Shown here in pieces: positions 10,004-22,085 of a stretch of 64,000 bases of DNA. Positions within the stretch are counted from its first letter, which is position 1; the number at the start of each line of letters is the position of its first letter. Position numbers and translations under genes: made by a program. The notes under the pieces were generated by a model. It did not search any database. It was not told the origin of the DNA and saw nothing but the letters and a program-made list of their open reading frames with translations. Source of the DNA: Pseudomonadota bacterium (lineage in GTDB: Bacteria > Pseudomonadota > Alphaproteobacteria > SP197); contig JBCCIS010000008.1 of NCBI GenBank assembly GCA_039028155.1, positions 73,004-137,003 on the forward strand, given 5' to 3'.

Positions 10004-11125
10004 ATGCCGTGGAACAATCAAGGTGGTGGCGGGGGCTGGCAAGGCCCCGGCGGCGACAACGGTGGGGGACCATGGGGCCGGGGGCCCAGCCGCGGTGGCG
10101 GCGGTGGTGGTGGCGGCGGTGGCCAGCCGCCTGATCTCGAAGACCTGATTCGCAAGGTCCAGGACAAGGGCAAGGGACTCTTGCCCGGCGGCCTTGGCGG
10201 CGGCCGCGGCATTTTGTTGATTGTCGTCGTTTTGGTCGTGGTCTGGCTGCTCTCCGGCTTCTATCGGGTGTTGCCTGACGAGCAGGGTGTCGAACTGGTG
10301 TTCGGCAAGTGGGAGGCGACCACCCAGCCGGGCCTGAACTATAACTGGCCAACGCCGATCGGTGAGGTCTTCACGCCGAAGGTGACGCGTATCGAGCGCA
10401 CCGAAGTCGGCTTCAGGGGCGATACCAATCGCGATCAGCCGGACGAAAGCCTGATGCTGACCGGAGACGAGAACATCATCGATGTTCAGTTCACCGTCTT
10501 CTGGCGCATCAACGACGCCGGCCAATACCTGTTCAACGTGCGCGATCCGCGCACCATCGTGAAGGACGTGGCCGAAAGCGCCATGCGTCAGGTCATCGGC
10601 CAGACGGCGTTGGCGTCCGCGCTCGCCGAGGGACGTGGACGGGTCGAGGAGGAGACGCTGGCGTTAATCCAGAACATTCTTGACGAGTACGGCGCCGGCG
10701 TCGAGGTGCGGCAGGTCGAACTGCAGAAGGTCGACCCGCCGGGCGCGGTGATCGACGCCTTCCGCGACGTCCAGGCGGCGCGCGCCGACCAGGAGCGTTT
10801 CATCAACGAGGCCCAGGCCTATCAGAACTCGATCGTGCCGGTCGCGCGAGGCGAGGCGCAAAAGATGATCCAGGAGGCCGAGGCCTACAAACAGGAGATC
10901 ATCAACAACGCCGAGGGTTCGGCGGCCCGCTTCCTGTCGGTCTACAACGAGTACAAAGACTCCAAGGACGTCACGCAACGGCGGATCTACCTGGAGACCA
11001 TGGAAGAGATCCTGCGCAGCATGAACAAGATGATCATCGATGATGGCGCCGTCGGCACCCAGGGCGTTGTTCCCTACCTGCCGCTTGATCAGCTCAGGCG
11101 CGGCGACGGCGCGGGAGGCCAGTGA
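10004..11125 (+). CDS. hflK: Protease modulator HflK (SPFH/band-7)
   Basis: Gly-rich N-terminus, TM segment and SPFH domain; directly precedes hflC with overlapping stop and start; ATG 10004 with GGAGAGG RBS. Confidence 0.85.
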   Translation: MPWNNQGGGGGWQGPGGDNGGGPWGRGPSRGGGGGGGGGGQPPDLEDLIRKVQDKGKGLLPGGLGGGRGILLIVVVLVVVWLLSGFYRVLPDEQGVELVFGKWEATTQPGLNYNWPTPIGEVFTPKVTRIERTEVGFRGDTNRDQPDESLMLTGDENIIDVQFTVFWRINDAGQYLFNVRDPRTIVKDVAESAMRQVIGQTALASALAEGRGRVEEETLALIQNILDEYGAGVEVRQVELQKVDPPGAVIDAFRDVQAARADQERFINEAQAYQNSIVPVARGEAQKMIQEAEAYKQEIINNAEGSAARFLSVYNEYKDSKDVTQRRIYLETMEEILRSMNKMIIDDGAVGTQGVVPYLPLDQLRRGDGAGGQ

Positions 11126-12075
11126 TGAAAAAGAGCCTTATCATCGGCGCGGTCGTTATCGCCGCCATCCTGATCGTGGGATCCAGCGCGCTCTTCACCA
11201 TTCAGGAGACCGAACAAGGCATCGTCCTTCAGTTCGGTGATCCCAAGCAGGTGGTGACCGAACCCGGCCTTCACTTCAAGGTCCCGTTCATCCAGAACGT
11301 CGTCATCTATGACAAGCGCGTGCTGGAATTCGAGAATCCGCAGCAGGAAGTGATCGCGTCCGACCAGAAACGCCTGGTGATCGACGCCTTTGCGTTCTAC
11401 CGGATCACCAATCCGCTGGAGTTCTACCAGGCGGTGGGCACCGAAGAGGTGGCGCGCGCCAGACTCTCCAACCTGCTGAACGCCAGTATGCGTCAGTTGA
11501 TCGGTACGGTGCCGCTGGTCGACGTCATCTCCGGCGAGCGTGAGCGGCTGATGGAGGACATCCGTATCCGCATCAACCGCGAGGCCGCCCAGTTCGGCGT
11601 CGTCGTGATCGACGTGCGTATCAAGCGCGCCGATCTGCCGGAAGAAAACAGCCAGGCGATCTATGAGCGCATGCAGACCGAACGTGAGCGTGAGGCCCGT
11701 GAGATCCGCGCCCAGGGTGAGGAGCAGTCGCTCAGGATCCGCGCTGAGGCGGACCGGACCCGCACCGTCTTGATTTCGGAGGCACGGCGCCAGTCGGAAA
11801 TCCTGCGTGGTGAGGGCGATGGCGAGGCCGTTCGTATCTTTGCCGACGCGTTCGGCCAGGATGTCGAGTTCTTTACCTTCTATCGCACGATGCAGGCCTA
11901 TCGCGAGGCGTTGAACGCCGACGACACGACCATCATCATGTCGCCGGACGGTGACTTCCTGCAGTTCCTGAACAGCGTGCAAGGCATGGGTGGCGCCGAC
12001 TATTCGCTCGATTCGTTAGGCGATACGGTGAGCGGTAGCGGCACATCTGGCGATACGACGGCGGCGCAACCTTAG
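11122..12075 (+). CDS. hflC: Protease modulator HflC (SPFH/band-7)
   Basis: N-terminal TM segment and SPFH domain (LFTIQETEQGIVLQFGDP...); 4-nt overlap with hflK. Confidence 0.9.
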   Translation: MMKKSLIIGAVVIAAILIVGSSALFTIQETEQGIVLQFGDPKQVVTEPGLHFKVPFIQNVVIYDKRVLEFENPQQEVIASDQKRLVIDAFAFYRITNPLEFYQAVGTEEVARARLSNLLNASMRQLIGTVPLVDVISGERERLMEDIRIRINREAAQFGVVVIDVRIKRADLPEENSQAIYERMQTEREREAREIRAQGEEQSLRIRAEADRTRTVLISEARRQSEILRGEGDGEAVRIFADAFGQDVEFFTFYRTMQAYREALNADDTTIIMSPDGDFLQFLNSVQGMGGADYSLDSLGDTVSGSGTSGDTTAAQP

Positions 12076-12122
12076 GGCGCGCCAAGCGTGCCATATCGTT
12101 GCCATAGGCCGGGTTTAGGTCG

Positions 12123-12308
12123 TTGACCGAGATCCTGGTGGCGATTGCGATCGCCCTGTTCTTGGAAGGTGCGGCCTATGCCCTGTTCCCCAATGCCATG
12201 AAACGCGCGATGCTGCACGTCCTGGCCCAGCCGGTTGCGACCGTCCGGCTGACCGGATTGGCTGTGGCAGTGGCGGCGGTCACATTGATGTGGCTGGTCA
12301 AAGGGTGA
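12123..12308 (+). CDS. DUF2065 small membrane protein
   Basis: 61-aa two-TM protein at the conserved position downstream of hflC; TTG start is uncertain. Confidence 0.45.
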   Translation: MTEILVAIAIALFLEGAAYALFPNAMKRAMLHVLAQPVATVRLTGLAVAVAAVTLMWLVKG

Positions 12309-12377
12309 TCGGCTATCCAGGATGTCGGCGTACGTAGGGATAGGCCGGTCCACGACGTGAAACACGGTGATTTCGGA

Positions 12378-13868
12378 ATGAAAGCTGCGATGATGAAACA
12401 TGTTGGTTTTTGCCTGGTGGCGGCGTTTTTCGCCGCCGGTTCCCTGGTCGCCGACAGCGACCGGGCGTGGTCCCAGACGGTACCGGAGAGCTTCGCCGAT
12501 CTGGCCGAAGAACTGACGCCGGCCGTGGTCTCGATCACGACCGAAGAGTTCGTCACGAGTTTTGGTGGTGATCAGATTCCTGAGTTCCCCGAAGGCTCGC
12601 CGTTCGAGGACTTCTTCAAGGACTTCTTCGAACGCTACGGTAACGGCGACGGCGACGCCCCACAGGAAAGCCGCCCGACGTCCCTGGGCTCAGGCTTCAT
12701 CATCGATCCCAGCGGCTATGTGGTGACCAATAATCACGTCATTGAAGAGGCCGACACCATCACGGTGCGCCTGAACGATGACCGGGAGTTGGAGGCCGAG
12801 GTCATCGGTGTCGATCCCAAGACCGATCTCGCGCTCTTGAAGGTCGACACCGACGAGGACCTGCCTCATGTCTCGTTCGGTGATTCCGACGAAGTGCGCG
12901 TCGGTGAGTGGGTGCTGGCGATCGGCAATCCGTTCGGTTTCGGCAGTTCGGTGACCGCCGGCATTATCTCGGCGCGTCAGCGCGATATCAGCGCCGGCCC
13001 CTATGACGAATTCCTACAGACCGATGCGCCGATCAACCGCGGCAACTCCGGCGGACCGCTGTTCGACATGAACGGCAACGTGATCGGCGTGAACACCGCC
13101 ATCTTCTCGCCGTCGGGTGGTTCCGTCGGCATCGGCTTCGCGGTCCCCTCCAACTTGGTGACACGCGTCGTGGCCCAGCTTCAGGAATTCGGCCGCACCC
13201 GACGCGGATGGCTGGGTGTCCGTATCCAGTCGATCACGCCGGAAATCGCCGAAGGCTTGGGCCTCAAGTCGTCGGATGGCGCGTTGGTTGCCAGCGTGAC
13301 GCCGGACGGACCGGCGGCCGATGCGGGGCTCGAGAACGGCGACGTCATCATTACCTTCGATGGCAAGGCGATCGACCAAATGCGCGAACTGCCGCGGGTT
13401 GTCGCCGAGACGGAAGTCGGTAAGGCGGTCGAGGTCGTTGTCGTGCGACGCGGCGAGGAAATGACCTTCGATGTCGAACTGGGCGAGCTCGAAGTGTTCG
13501 AGGACCAGTTGGCGGCGACCATGAACGGCGGCCAGCCCGAGCAACAGCCTGAGAAAAGCAAGGCGCCGACCGATGTGCTGGGCATGGTGTTGGAGCCGGT
13601 CAGCCCGCAACTGCGGCAGGAATTCGATTTGCCGAACGACGTTGACGGCGTTGTCGTTACCAATGTGGCGCCGGGCAGCCCGGCCGCGCGTGCCGGCATT
13701 CTGCAGGGCGATCTCATTCCCGAGGTCGGTCAAGAGCAGGTCGACACGGTGGACGACGTCGTGGCGCAGATCGACGGCGCTCGGGATCGCGATTTGAAAT
13801 CCGTCGTCGTGCGGGTCCTGCGCAGCGACGACGACGCCCACTACCTGGCGGTCGATATCGAAGGCTGA
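12378..13868 (+). CDS. degP: Periplasmic serine endoprotease DegP/HtrA (Do family, two PDZ domains)
   Basis: Catalytic motifs TNNHV, DLALLK and GNSGGPL; two PDZ-like regions; signal peptide; start could be 12357 (GTG) or 12378 (ATG). Confidence 0.85.
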   Translation: MKAAMMKHVGFCLVAAFFAAGSLVADSDRAWSQTVPESFADLAEELTPAVVSITTEEFVTSFGGDQIPEFPEGSPFEDFFKDFFERYGNGDGDAPQESRPTSLGSGFIIDPSGYVVTNNHVIEEADTITVRLNDDRELEAEVIGVDPKTDLALLKVDTDEDLPHVSFGDSDEVRVGEWVLAIGNPFGFGSSVTAGIISARQRDISAGPYDEFLQTDAPINRGNSGGPLFDMNGNVIGVNTAIFSPSGGSVGIGFAVPSNLVTRVVAQLQEFGRTRRGWLGVRIQSITPEIAEGLGLKSSDGALVASVTPDGPAADAGLENGDVIITFDGKAIDQMRELPRVVAETEVGKAVEVVVVRRGEEMTFDVELGELEVFEDQLAATMNGGQPEQQPEKSKAPTDVLGMVLEPVSPQLRQEFDLPNDVDGVVVTNVAPGSPAARAGILQGDLIPEVGQEQVDTVDDVVAQIDGARDRDLKSVVVRVLRSDDDAHYLAVDIEG

Positions 13869-13875
13869 CCGCCCG

Positions 13876-14760
13876 CTAAGCGGTCCGGAACTCCGATTGG
13901 CGATAGCCCTGCATGTAGAGCAGGGCGGTCAGGTCGCCGTGTTGAACATCGGCGTCGGCGACCTCCCGAACGGCCTGGACGCCGTGATAGGCGACGCCCA
14001 GTCCGGCGGCCTTGATCATCGCGATATCGTTGGCGCCGTCGCCGACGGCAAGGGTATCGGCCAGGGCTATGCCGCGTTCATCGGCCAGGCCACGCAACAA
14101 GGTCTCCTTGGCGCCGCGATCCAGGATCGGTTCCGTCAGGGAACCGGTTAGCTGGCCGTTTTCGACGTTCAGCTGATTGGCCTGATGCATATCGAAACCG
14201 ACACGTTGGGCGACCCGTTCGGTGAACCAGGTGAACCCACCGGATATCAAAGCGGTGAAGGCGCCGTGACCGCGCATGGTCGCGATCAAGGTCCCGGCGC
14301 CCGGTGTCAGCGCGACACTGTCGCGCCATGCGGCCTCGAGCGCCTCGATCGGTGTGCCGGCAAGCAGTGCCATGCGTTCACGCAGCGACTGTGCAAACTC
14401 CAGCTCGCCGCGCATGGTGCGGGCCGTTACAGCGGCTATCTCGTCGCCGATACCGGTCTGGGCCGCCAGGACGTCGATGCACTCGACCGTGATGATGGTC
14501 GAGTCCATATCGGCGACCAGCAGACGTTTGCGCCGGTTGTCAGTGTCTTGAATGACCACGTCGACGGGTCGATCGCGCAGCGCGTCTTTCAGCGTCAATG
14601 ACAGTGCCTCGCGATTGTCGCCCTGCACCAGCAGATCGACGGCCCGGCCGGGATCGAGCCAGTCGATCTGGGCGTCCAACTGGCGGGCGAGGCCGTCAAA
14701 CATGGTATCGTCAAGTCGCGGATCGTCGGATCCGACAATGACGGTGGCAACAAGTGACAT
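13876..14760 (-). CDS. serB: Phosphoserine phosphatase SerB
   Basis: HAD motif I DMDSTI (DxDST). N-terminus MSLVATVI... matches alphaproteobacterial SerB, so the start is set at 14760 rather than the longer ORF start 14895. Confidence 0.8.
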   Translation of the reverse strand: MSLVATVIVGSDDPRLDDTMFDGLARQLDAQIDWLDPGRAVDLLVQGDNREALSLTLKDALRDRPVDVVIQDTDNRRKRLLVADMDSTIITVECIDVLAAQTGIGDEIAAVTARTMRGELEFAQSLRERMALLAGTPIEALEAAWRDSVALTPGAGTLIATMRGHGAFTALISGGFTWFTERVAQRVGFDMHQANQLNVENGQLTGSLTEPILDRGAKETLLRGLADERGIALADTLAVGDGANDIAMIKAAGLGVAYHGVQAVREVADADVQHGDLTALLYMQGYRQSEFRTA

Positions 14761-15736
14761 GGCGGATAGCAATCCCAACGAACGATCAGGCGAACCGCTG
14801 GTGGTGATAGGCGGTCCGACGGCTTCGGGCAAGTCGCCGTTGGCGATGGATTTGGCGGAGATGGTCGGTGGCGAGATCATCAACGGCGACAGCATGCAGG
14901 TCTATGACGAGCTGCGCCTGCTGACCGCGCGTCCCGGTCCCGACGACGAGCGACGCGTACCGCATCACCTCTATGGGTTCATGTCCGTTACGGAGCGCTG
15001 TTCCGTGGCGTTGTGGGCCGATGCGGCGCGACGTGTTGTCACGGACTGCCTGACACGCGGCAGCGTGCCGATCATCGTCGGCGGAACCGGGCTCTATCTC
15101 GCGACTTTCATGCGCGGCTTGTCGCCTATCCCGGATGTGCCGGCATCAGTACGGTCTGACGTCATGGCGCGCGTGGACGGTTTCACGGCGCAGGAGCTTC
15201 ATGATCTCGCCCGCGCTGTCGATCCGGACCTTGCCCAACGCATTCCGGTTGGCGACGCGCAACGTCTGATCCGCCTGCTGGAAGTTCACGAAGCCACCGG
15301 TGAGCCGCTTTCGGCCTGGCAGCAGCAGCCTCGCCGGAACGCCTGGCCGGGACCGGTGCTCTTTCTTGTGCTTCGTCCCGACCGCGCGGTCCTCTACCAG
15401 GCCTGCAACGAACGGTTCGATGCCATGATGGCCGCCGGCGCTTTGCAGGAGGTCGCCGCGCTCACTGACCGCGATCTGTCGCCCGACCTGCCGGCCATGC
15501 GTGCCCTTGGGGTGCCGCCCCTGCTGGCGCACATAAGGGGCGAGATGGCCGTGGATGAGGCGGTTCAGACGGCCAAGACGGCGACACGGCGCTATGCCAA
15601 ACGCCAGTTGACCTGGTTTCGCCATCAGGCAGGTGATGCGATCGTTCTAGACGATCAGGATGCCGCGGAGCGCCTGGCGTGCGCCCGCGCACACATCTCC
15701 GGGTTTCTGTTGACCGCCAAAGGGCCAAAAGCGTAG
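14759..15736 (+). CDS. miaA: tRNA dimethylallyltransferase MiaA
   Basis: P-loop GPTASGKS and NGDSMQVY motifs; ATG 14759 chosen because the upstream extension has no homology. Confidence 0.85.
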   Translation: MADSNPNERSGEPLVVIGGPTASGKSPLAMDLAEMVGGEIINGDSMQVYDELRLLTARPGPDDERRVPHHLYGFMSVTERCSVALWADAARRVVTDCLTRGSVPIIVGGTGLYLATFMRGLSPIPDVPASVRSDVMARVDGFTAQELHDLARAVDPDLAQRIPVGDAQRLIRLLEVHEATGEPLSAWQQQPRRNAWPGPVLFLVLRPDRAVLYQACNERFDAMMAAGALQEVAALTDRDLSPDLPAMRALGVPPLLAHIRGEMAVDEAVQTAKTATRRYAKRQLTWFRHQAGDAIVLDDQDAAERLACARAHISGFLLTAKGPKA

Positions 15737-15887
15737 TTTCCCGCCCTCATTGCGGCGTGCGACCCGGTCGCGCGTTGCTGTTTTGTGCCCTGATGACCGG
15801 TGATGACACTGGAAAACACCGTTCAGGGGCTGATTTGGCGGGTCGGTGCCCGCCCAACCGGAGGATGAGACCGTGGCCAAGGACCGT

Positions 15888-17642
15888 ATGACCGGCTCCG
15901 AAATGATCGTCAAAGCCCTGCTGGACCAGGGTTCTGACGTCGTATTCGGCTATCCGGGCGGTGCGGTACTTCCGATCTACGATGCCATCTTCCAGCAAAA
16001 TCACCTCCGCCACATCCTGGTCCGCCAGGAAGGTGGCGCCGTTCACGCGGCGGAAGGCTATGCGCGCTCGACCGGTAAGGTCGGTGTCGTTCTGGTGACG
16101 TCGGGTCCCGGCGCGACCAACTGCGTGACCGGTCTGACCGATGCGCTGATGGACAGCATTCCGATCGTTTGTTTGACCGGTCAGGTGCCGACCCATCTGA
16201 TCGGCAACGATGCGTTTCAGGAAGCCGACACGGTCGGCATCACGCGACCCTGCACCAAGCATAATTATCTGGTGAAGAGCGTCGAGGATCTGCCGCGCGT
16301 CCTACACGAGGCGTTCCACGTCGCCCGGAGCGGCCGGCCGGGTCCGGTCGTCGTCGATCTGCCGAAGGACGTCGTCAACGCCGAAGGCACCTACCTGCCG
16401 CCGGCGCGGGTCAAGCACAAGAGCTACAACCCGCAGGTCAAAGGCGACATGGCCCGTATCGAGGAAGCGGTCGATCTGTTGGCAAAGGCCAAGCGGCCGA
16501 TCATCTATGCCGGTGGCGGTGTCGTGAATGCCGGGCCTGCGGCGTCGCAGCTGCTGACCAACCTGGCCGACATTTCAGGCTTCCCGGTGACCCTGACGCT
16601 GATGGGCTTAGGCGCCTTGCCGGCCTCCCACAAGCAGTTCCTGGGTATGCTGGGCATGCACGGTTCGCTGGAAGCCAACATGGCCATGCACGACTGCGAC
16701 GTCATGCTGTGCGTCGGGGCACGCTTCGATGACCGGGTGACCGGCAGGACCGATGCGTTTTCGCCGGACTCCAAGAAGATCCATATCGACATTGACGCCT
16801 CGTCGATCAACAAGAACATTGCCGTCGACGTGCCGATCATCGGCGACTGCGGCTATGTGCTCGAGGACCTGATCAAGGTCTGGAAGGCGCGTCAGGTGCG
16901 CCCCGACGCCAAGGCGTTGGAGGCCTGGTGGAAGAGCATCGACGGCTGGCGCAAGAAGAAGTCGTTCAAGTACAAGCCGTCGAAGCAGCTGATCAAGCCG
17001 CAGTATGCGCTCGAACGGTTGAACGCTCATCTGCATGGGCGTGATGACGTCTTCATCACCACGGAAGTCGGGCAGCATCAGATGTGGGCGGCCCAGTTCA
17101 TCGATTTCGAAAAGCCCAATCATTGGATGACCTCTGGCGGTCTCGGCACCATGGGTTATGGCCTGCCGTCCGCGATGGGCGTCCAGGTCGCCCATCCTGA
17201 CGCCTTGGTGATCGATGTGGCGGGCGAAGCCTCGGTGCTGATGAACATTCAGGAGATGTCGACGCTGGCGCAGTATCGCCTGCCGGTGAAGGTGTTCATC
17301 CTGAACAACCGCTGGATGGGCATGGTGCGCCAGTGGCAGGAGTTTTTCTTTGGCGGCCGGTATTCGGAAAGTTACATGGAGTCCCTGCCGGATTTCGTGA
17401 AGCTGGCTGAGTCGTTCGGCGCGCTTGGTTTGCGGGCCTCAAAGCCCGGTGACGTCGACGACATCATCAAGGAGATGATCGAGACCGATCGGCCGGTCAT
17501 CGTCGACGTGGAGGTCGATCCCGACGAAAACGTCTATCCGATGATCCCCGCCGGCGCGGCCCACAACCAGGTCACGATGAGCCCCGACGACGAGGTAGAA
17601 CTCGACGACGCGACCAAGGATGAGGGCATGGTGCTCGTCTGA
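15888..17642 (+). CDS. ilvB: Acetolactate synthase large subunit (IlvB/IlvI)
   Basis: TPP-enzyme motifs GYPGGAVLPIYDA and GLGTMGYGLPSAMG; AAGGA RBS 7 nt upstream of ATG 15888. Confidence 0.9.
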   Translation: MTGSEMIVKALLDQGSDVVFGYPGGAVLPIYDAIFQQNHLRHILVRQEGGAVHAAEGYARSTGKVGVVLVTSGPGATNCVTGLTDALMDSIPIVCLTGQVPTHLIGNDAFQEADTVGITRPCTKHNYLVKSVEDLPRVLHEAFHVARSGRPGPVVVDLPKDVVNAEGTYLPPARVKHKSYNPQVKGDMARIEEAVDLLAKAKRPIIYAGGGVVNAGPAASQLLTNLADISGFPVTLTLMGLGALPASHKQFLGMLGMHGSLEANMAMHDCDVMLCVGARFDDRVTGRTDAFSPDSKKIHIDIDASSINKNIAVDVPIIGDCGYVLEDLIKVWKARQVRPDAKALEAWWKSIDGWRKKKSFKYKPSKQLIKPQYALERLNAHLHGRDDVFITTEVGQHQMWAAQFIDFEKPNHWMTSGGLGTMGYGLPSAMGVQVAHPDALVIDVAGEASVLMNIQEMSTLAQYRLPVKVFILNNRWMGMVRQWQEFFFGGRYSESYMESLPDFVKLAESFGALGLRASKPGDVDDIIKEMIETDRPVIVDVEVDPDENVYPMIPAGAAHNQVTMSPDDEVELDDATKDEGMVLV

Positions 17643-17709
17643 GCATGGCCCTTGAGAGACAAACCTTGATCGGAGACGCGCGCCAGACGACAGCGGCCCG
17701 TCTCCGTCG

Positions 17710-18234
17710 TTGGGGGATGAAGTGACAGATACCGAAAAATCGCGGCGCGCAACGATCGCTGTTCTGGTCGATAACGAACCAGGCGTCTTGGCGCGCGTCA
17801 TCGGCCTGTTCTCAGGCCGCGGCTACAACATCGACAGCCTGACCGTCAGTGAGGTCGATCCCGAGCACGGTCGGTCCCGCATCACCGTCGTGACCGCCGG
17901 CACCGAAATGATCATCGAGCAGATCAAGGCGCAACTGCGCCGGCTGGTGCCGGTGCACCGGGTCAGCGACCTGACCGCCGAGGGCCCGCACGTCGAGCGC
18001 GAGTTGGCGCTGGTGAAGGTTGCGGGCACCGGTGAAAAGCGCGTAGAAGCACTGCGTATCGCCGATGTCTTCCGGGCCCGCGTGGTCGACAGCACGATCG
18101 AGTCGTTCGTCTTCGAGATCACCGGCGCGTCGGACAAGATCGATGCCTTTGTGAACCTGATGCAGCCCCTGGGCCTGGCCGATGTCTCGCGCACCGGCGT
18201 TGTCGCCATTTCTCGCGGCCCCGAGCCCATCTGA
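17710..18234 (+). CDS. ilvH: Acetolactate synthase small (regulatory) subunit IlvH/IlvN
   Basis: ACT domain IAVLVDNEPGVLARVIGLFSGRGYNIDSLTV; start is TTG 17710 or GTG 17722. Confidence 0.85.
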   Translation: MGDEVTDTEKSRRATIAVLVDNEPGVLARVIGLFSGRGYNIDSLTVSEVDPEHGRSRITVVTAGTEMIIEQIKAQLRRLVPVHRVSDLTAEGPHVERELALVKVAGTGEKRVEALRIADVFRARVVDSTIESFVFEITGASDKIDAFVNLMQPLGLADVSRTGVVAISRGPEPI

Positions 18235-18274
18235 ACCGAGCATGGCCAATAGGCCAGTTGACCAAGAAGGATAA

Positions 18275-19300
<1,026 letters not shown>

Positions 19301-19552
19301 TCGGCCTGCCTCTTCCGATCGCCCTTGGCAGACGGCCAGGATTGTGACAGGTGTCACGGGTACACGCCGAATTATTAACTATCGTTGATAATCGTAGGTC
19401 ATGGTATGAATGTCGCCGGCTAGCTGCTTGAAATAGCTGGTGAAATCTCGCCTCCTAGGTGAGCTAGCAGGGTCTGTCCCATTTTGGGTCATCGCGAGGC
19501 AGCCATCCCGGTCGGTCCGGGTGTAACGGCGGTGACAAGAGGGACGGGCTAA

Positions 19553-20647
<1,095 letters not shown>

Positions 20648-20693
20648 CAACAATCGAGTGGCGCTTTGGGGGGCGCCACCGGGGTAACGCCGC

Positions 20694-21554
20694 ATGCTGA
20701 AGCTGACCTATTCCATAAGAGGAATCGTTCAGCGCTTCGCGTTGCCGCTCTTCGTCGGCATCGCCATTGGCCTGATGCTGTTGAACCGGGTCGACAACCC
20801 CATTGTCGTCAACATGCGCGCCCAGGCCGTCGATGGTCTGGCGCCGGTCATGGATGTGCTGTCGCGCCCGGTCGGGGCGGTCCAGGACGGCATCGACTAC
20901 GTCGATCATTTCTTCTCGGTCTTCGAGGAAAACGCCAAGCTGCGCGAGCAGAACGAGCGGCTCTTGCACTGGCAGACCGTGGCGCGCCGCCTGGGCGCCG
21001 AGAACGAGGAGTTTCGGGTTCTGCTGTCGGCGGTCGCCGAGCCGCGCAGCACCTTTGTGACCGCGCGGGTCATCGGCATGTCGAGCGGCAGTTTCGTGCG
21101 TACCGCGTTGGTCAATGCCGGTGCCAACGACGGGGTCGGCGTCGGCCAGGCCGTGGTGACGGCCGAGGGCATGATTGGCCGCATTGTCGAGGTCGGCAAT
21201 CGCAGCGCCCGGATCCTGTTGCTGACCGACTTGAACAGCCGCATTCCCGTCGTCATTGAGCGTACCGGCGAATCGGTCGTTTTGTCCGGCGACAACTCCG
21301 ACCGGCTGCGTCTGGTCTATGTCACCGACGAGGACATCGTGACGGTTGGCGACCGGCTGGTGACGTCGGGTGAGGGCGGCATGCTGCCGCCGGGCCTGCC
21401 GGTCGGTCAGGTTACCGGCAACCAGGATGGCGTGTGGCAGGTGCAGCCCTTCGTCGATGTCGGCCGTGCCGAGTATGTCCGGGTGCTTGACTACGCCCTG
21501 CCGGGTCTTCTGCCGACGACCCGAGAAGCCGGCGCCATCGATCAGCTCTGGTAA
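20694..21554 (+). CDS. mreC: Rod shape-determining protein MreC
   Basis: N-terminal TM segment, coiled coil and beta-rich domains; position between mreB and mreD. Confidence 0.85.
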   Translation: MLKLTYSIRGIVQRFALPLFVGIAIGLMLLNRVDNPIVVNMRAQAVDGLAPVMDVLSRPVGAVQDGIDYVDHFFSVFEENAKLREQNERLLHWQTVARRLGAENEEFRVLLSAVAEPRSTFVTARVIGMSSGSFVRTALVNAGANDGVGVGQAVVTAEGMIGRIVEVGNRSARILLLTDLNSRIPVVIERTGESVVLSGDNSDRLRLVYVTDEDIVTVGDRLVTSGEGGMLPPGLPVGQVTGNQDGVWQVQPFVDVGRAEYVRVLDYALPGLLPTTREAGAIDQLW

Positions 21555-22084
21555 TGGAAAGCCAGGTCCGCAGACTGCGCTATCTGGTCGCTGGTTTGGC
21601 GCCGTTCCTCCTGGCGGTCGTTCTCTCCATGCTGATGGCCGTACCCCTACAACTGCCCCATGTGGGGGCGGTGACGCCGTCCCTGACGTTGGCCGCCGTC
21701 TTCTACTGGGCGGTCTACCGACCGGACCTGTTCGGCTATGCCGCCGCTTTCTTCCTGGGTCTGATCAGCGATATCGTCACCGGCGGTCCGCTGGGGCTGG
21801 GCGCGCTCGTCTTGGTCGTGGCCCAAGCGATCAGCGTCACGCAGCGCCGGTTCTTCCTGCACAAGCCGTTTCACATCTTGTGGTGGGGTTTCGCGCTCAT
21901 CGCGCCGCTGGCCATGATGCTGCGCTGGCTACTGGGCTCGATCTACATGGGCACGTTCCTCGCCATCACGCCCGTTGTTCTGCAGGCGATTGTCACCATC
22001 GCCATCTTCCCCGCTGTCGCGTGGCTGTTGGGCCGCTGCCATGCCCTGCTGCCACGCATGGCCGGCAACACGGCGGCCAGCTGA
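21554..22084 (+). CDS. mreD: Rod shape-determining protein MreD
   Basis: 176-aa polytopic membrane protein directly after mreC. Confidence 0.8.
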   Translation: MESQVRRLRYLVAGLAPFLLAVVLSMLMAVPLQLPHVGAVTPSLTLAAVFYWAVYRPDLFGYAAAFFLGLISDIVTGGPLGLGALVLVVAQAISVTQRRFFLHKPFHILWWGFALIAPLAMMLRWLLGSIYMGTFLAITPVVLQAIVTIAIFPAVAWLLGRCHALLPRMAGNTAAS

Positions 22085-22085
22085 C

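Noticed and set aside
10020-10140. Gly-rich low-complexity stretch (GGGGGWQGPGGDNGGG...GGGGGGGGGGQPP) at the HflK N-terminus, with a Pro-rich antisense ORF at 10018-10212
   Set aside because: This is a simple GGC/GGT codon run encoding the known flexible Gly-rich cytoplasmic segment of HflK. It is not a CRISPR array, tandem DNA repeat or separate gene. The antisense poly-Pro ORF is its mirror artifact.
14552-14758. Longer annotations of miaA (from 14552) and serB (to 14895), which would overlap each other by about 340 nt
   Set aside because: Neither extension shows family homology. Conserved N-termini begin at MADSNP... (MiaA) and MSLVAT... (SerB).
15737-15887. Possible ilv leader/attenuator upstream of ilvB (hairpin GGCGGGTCGGTGCCCGCC)
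   Set aside because: No Ile/Val/Leu-rich leader peptide could be identified. The hairpin alone is insufficient to call an attenuator.
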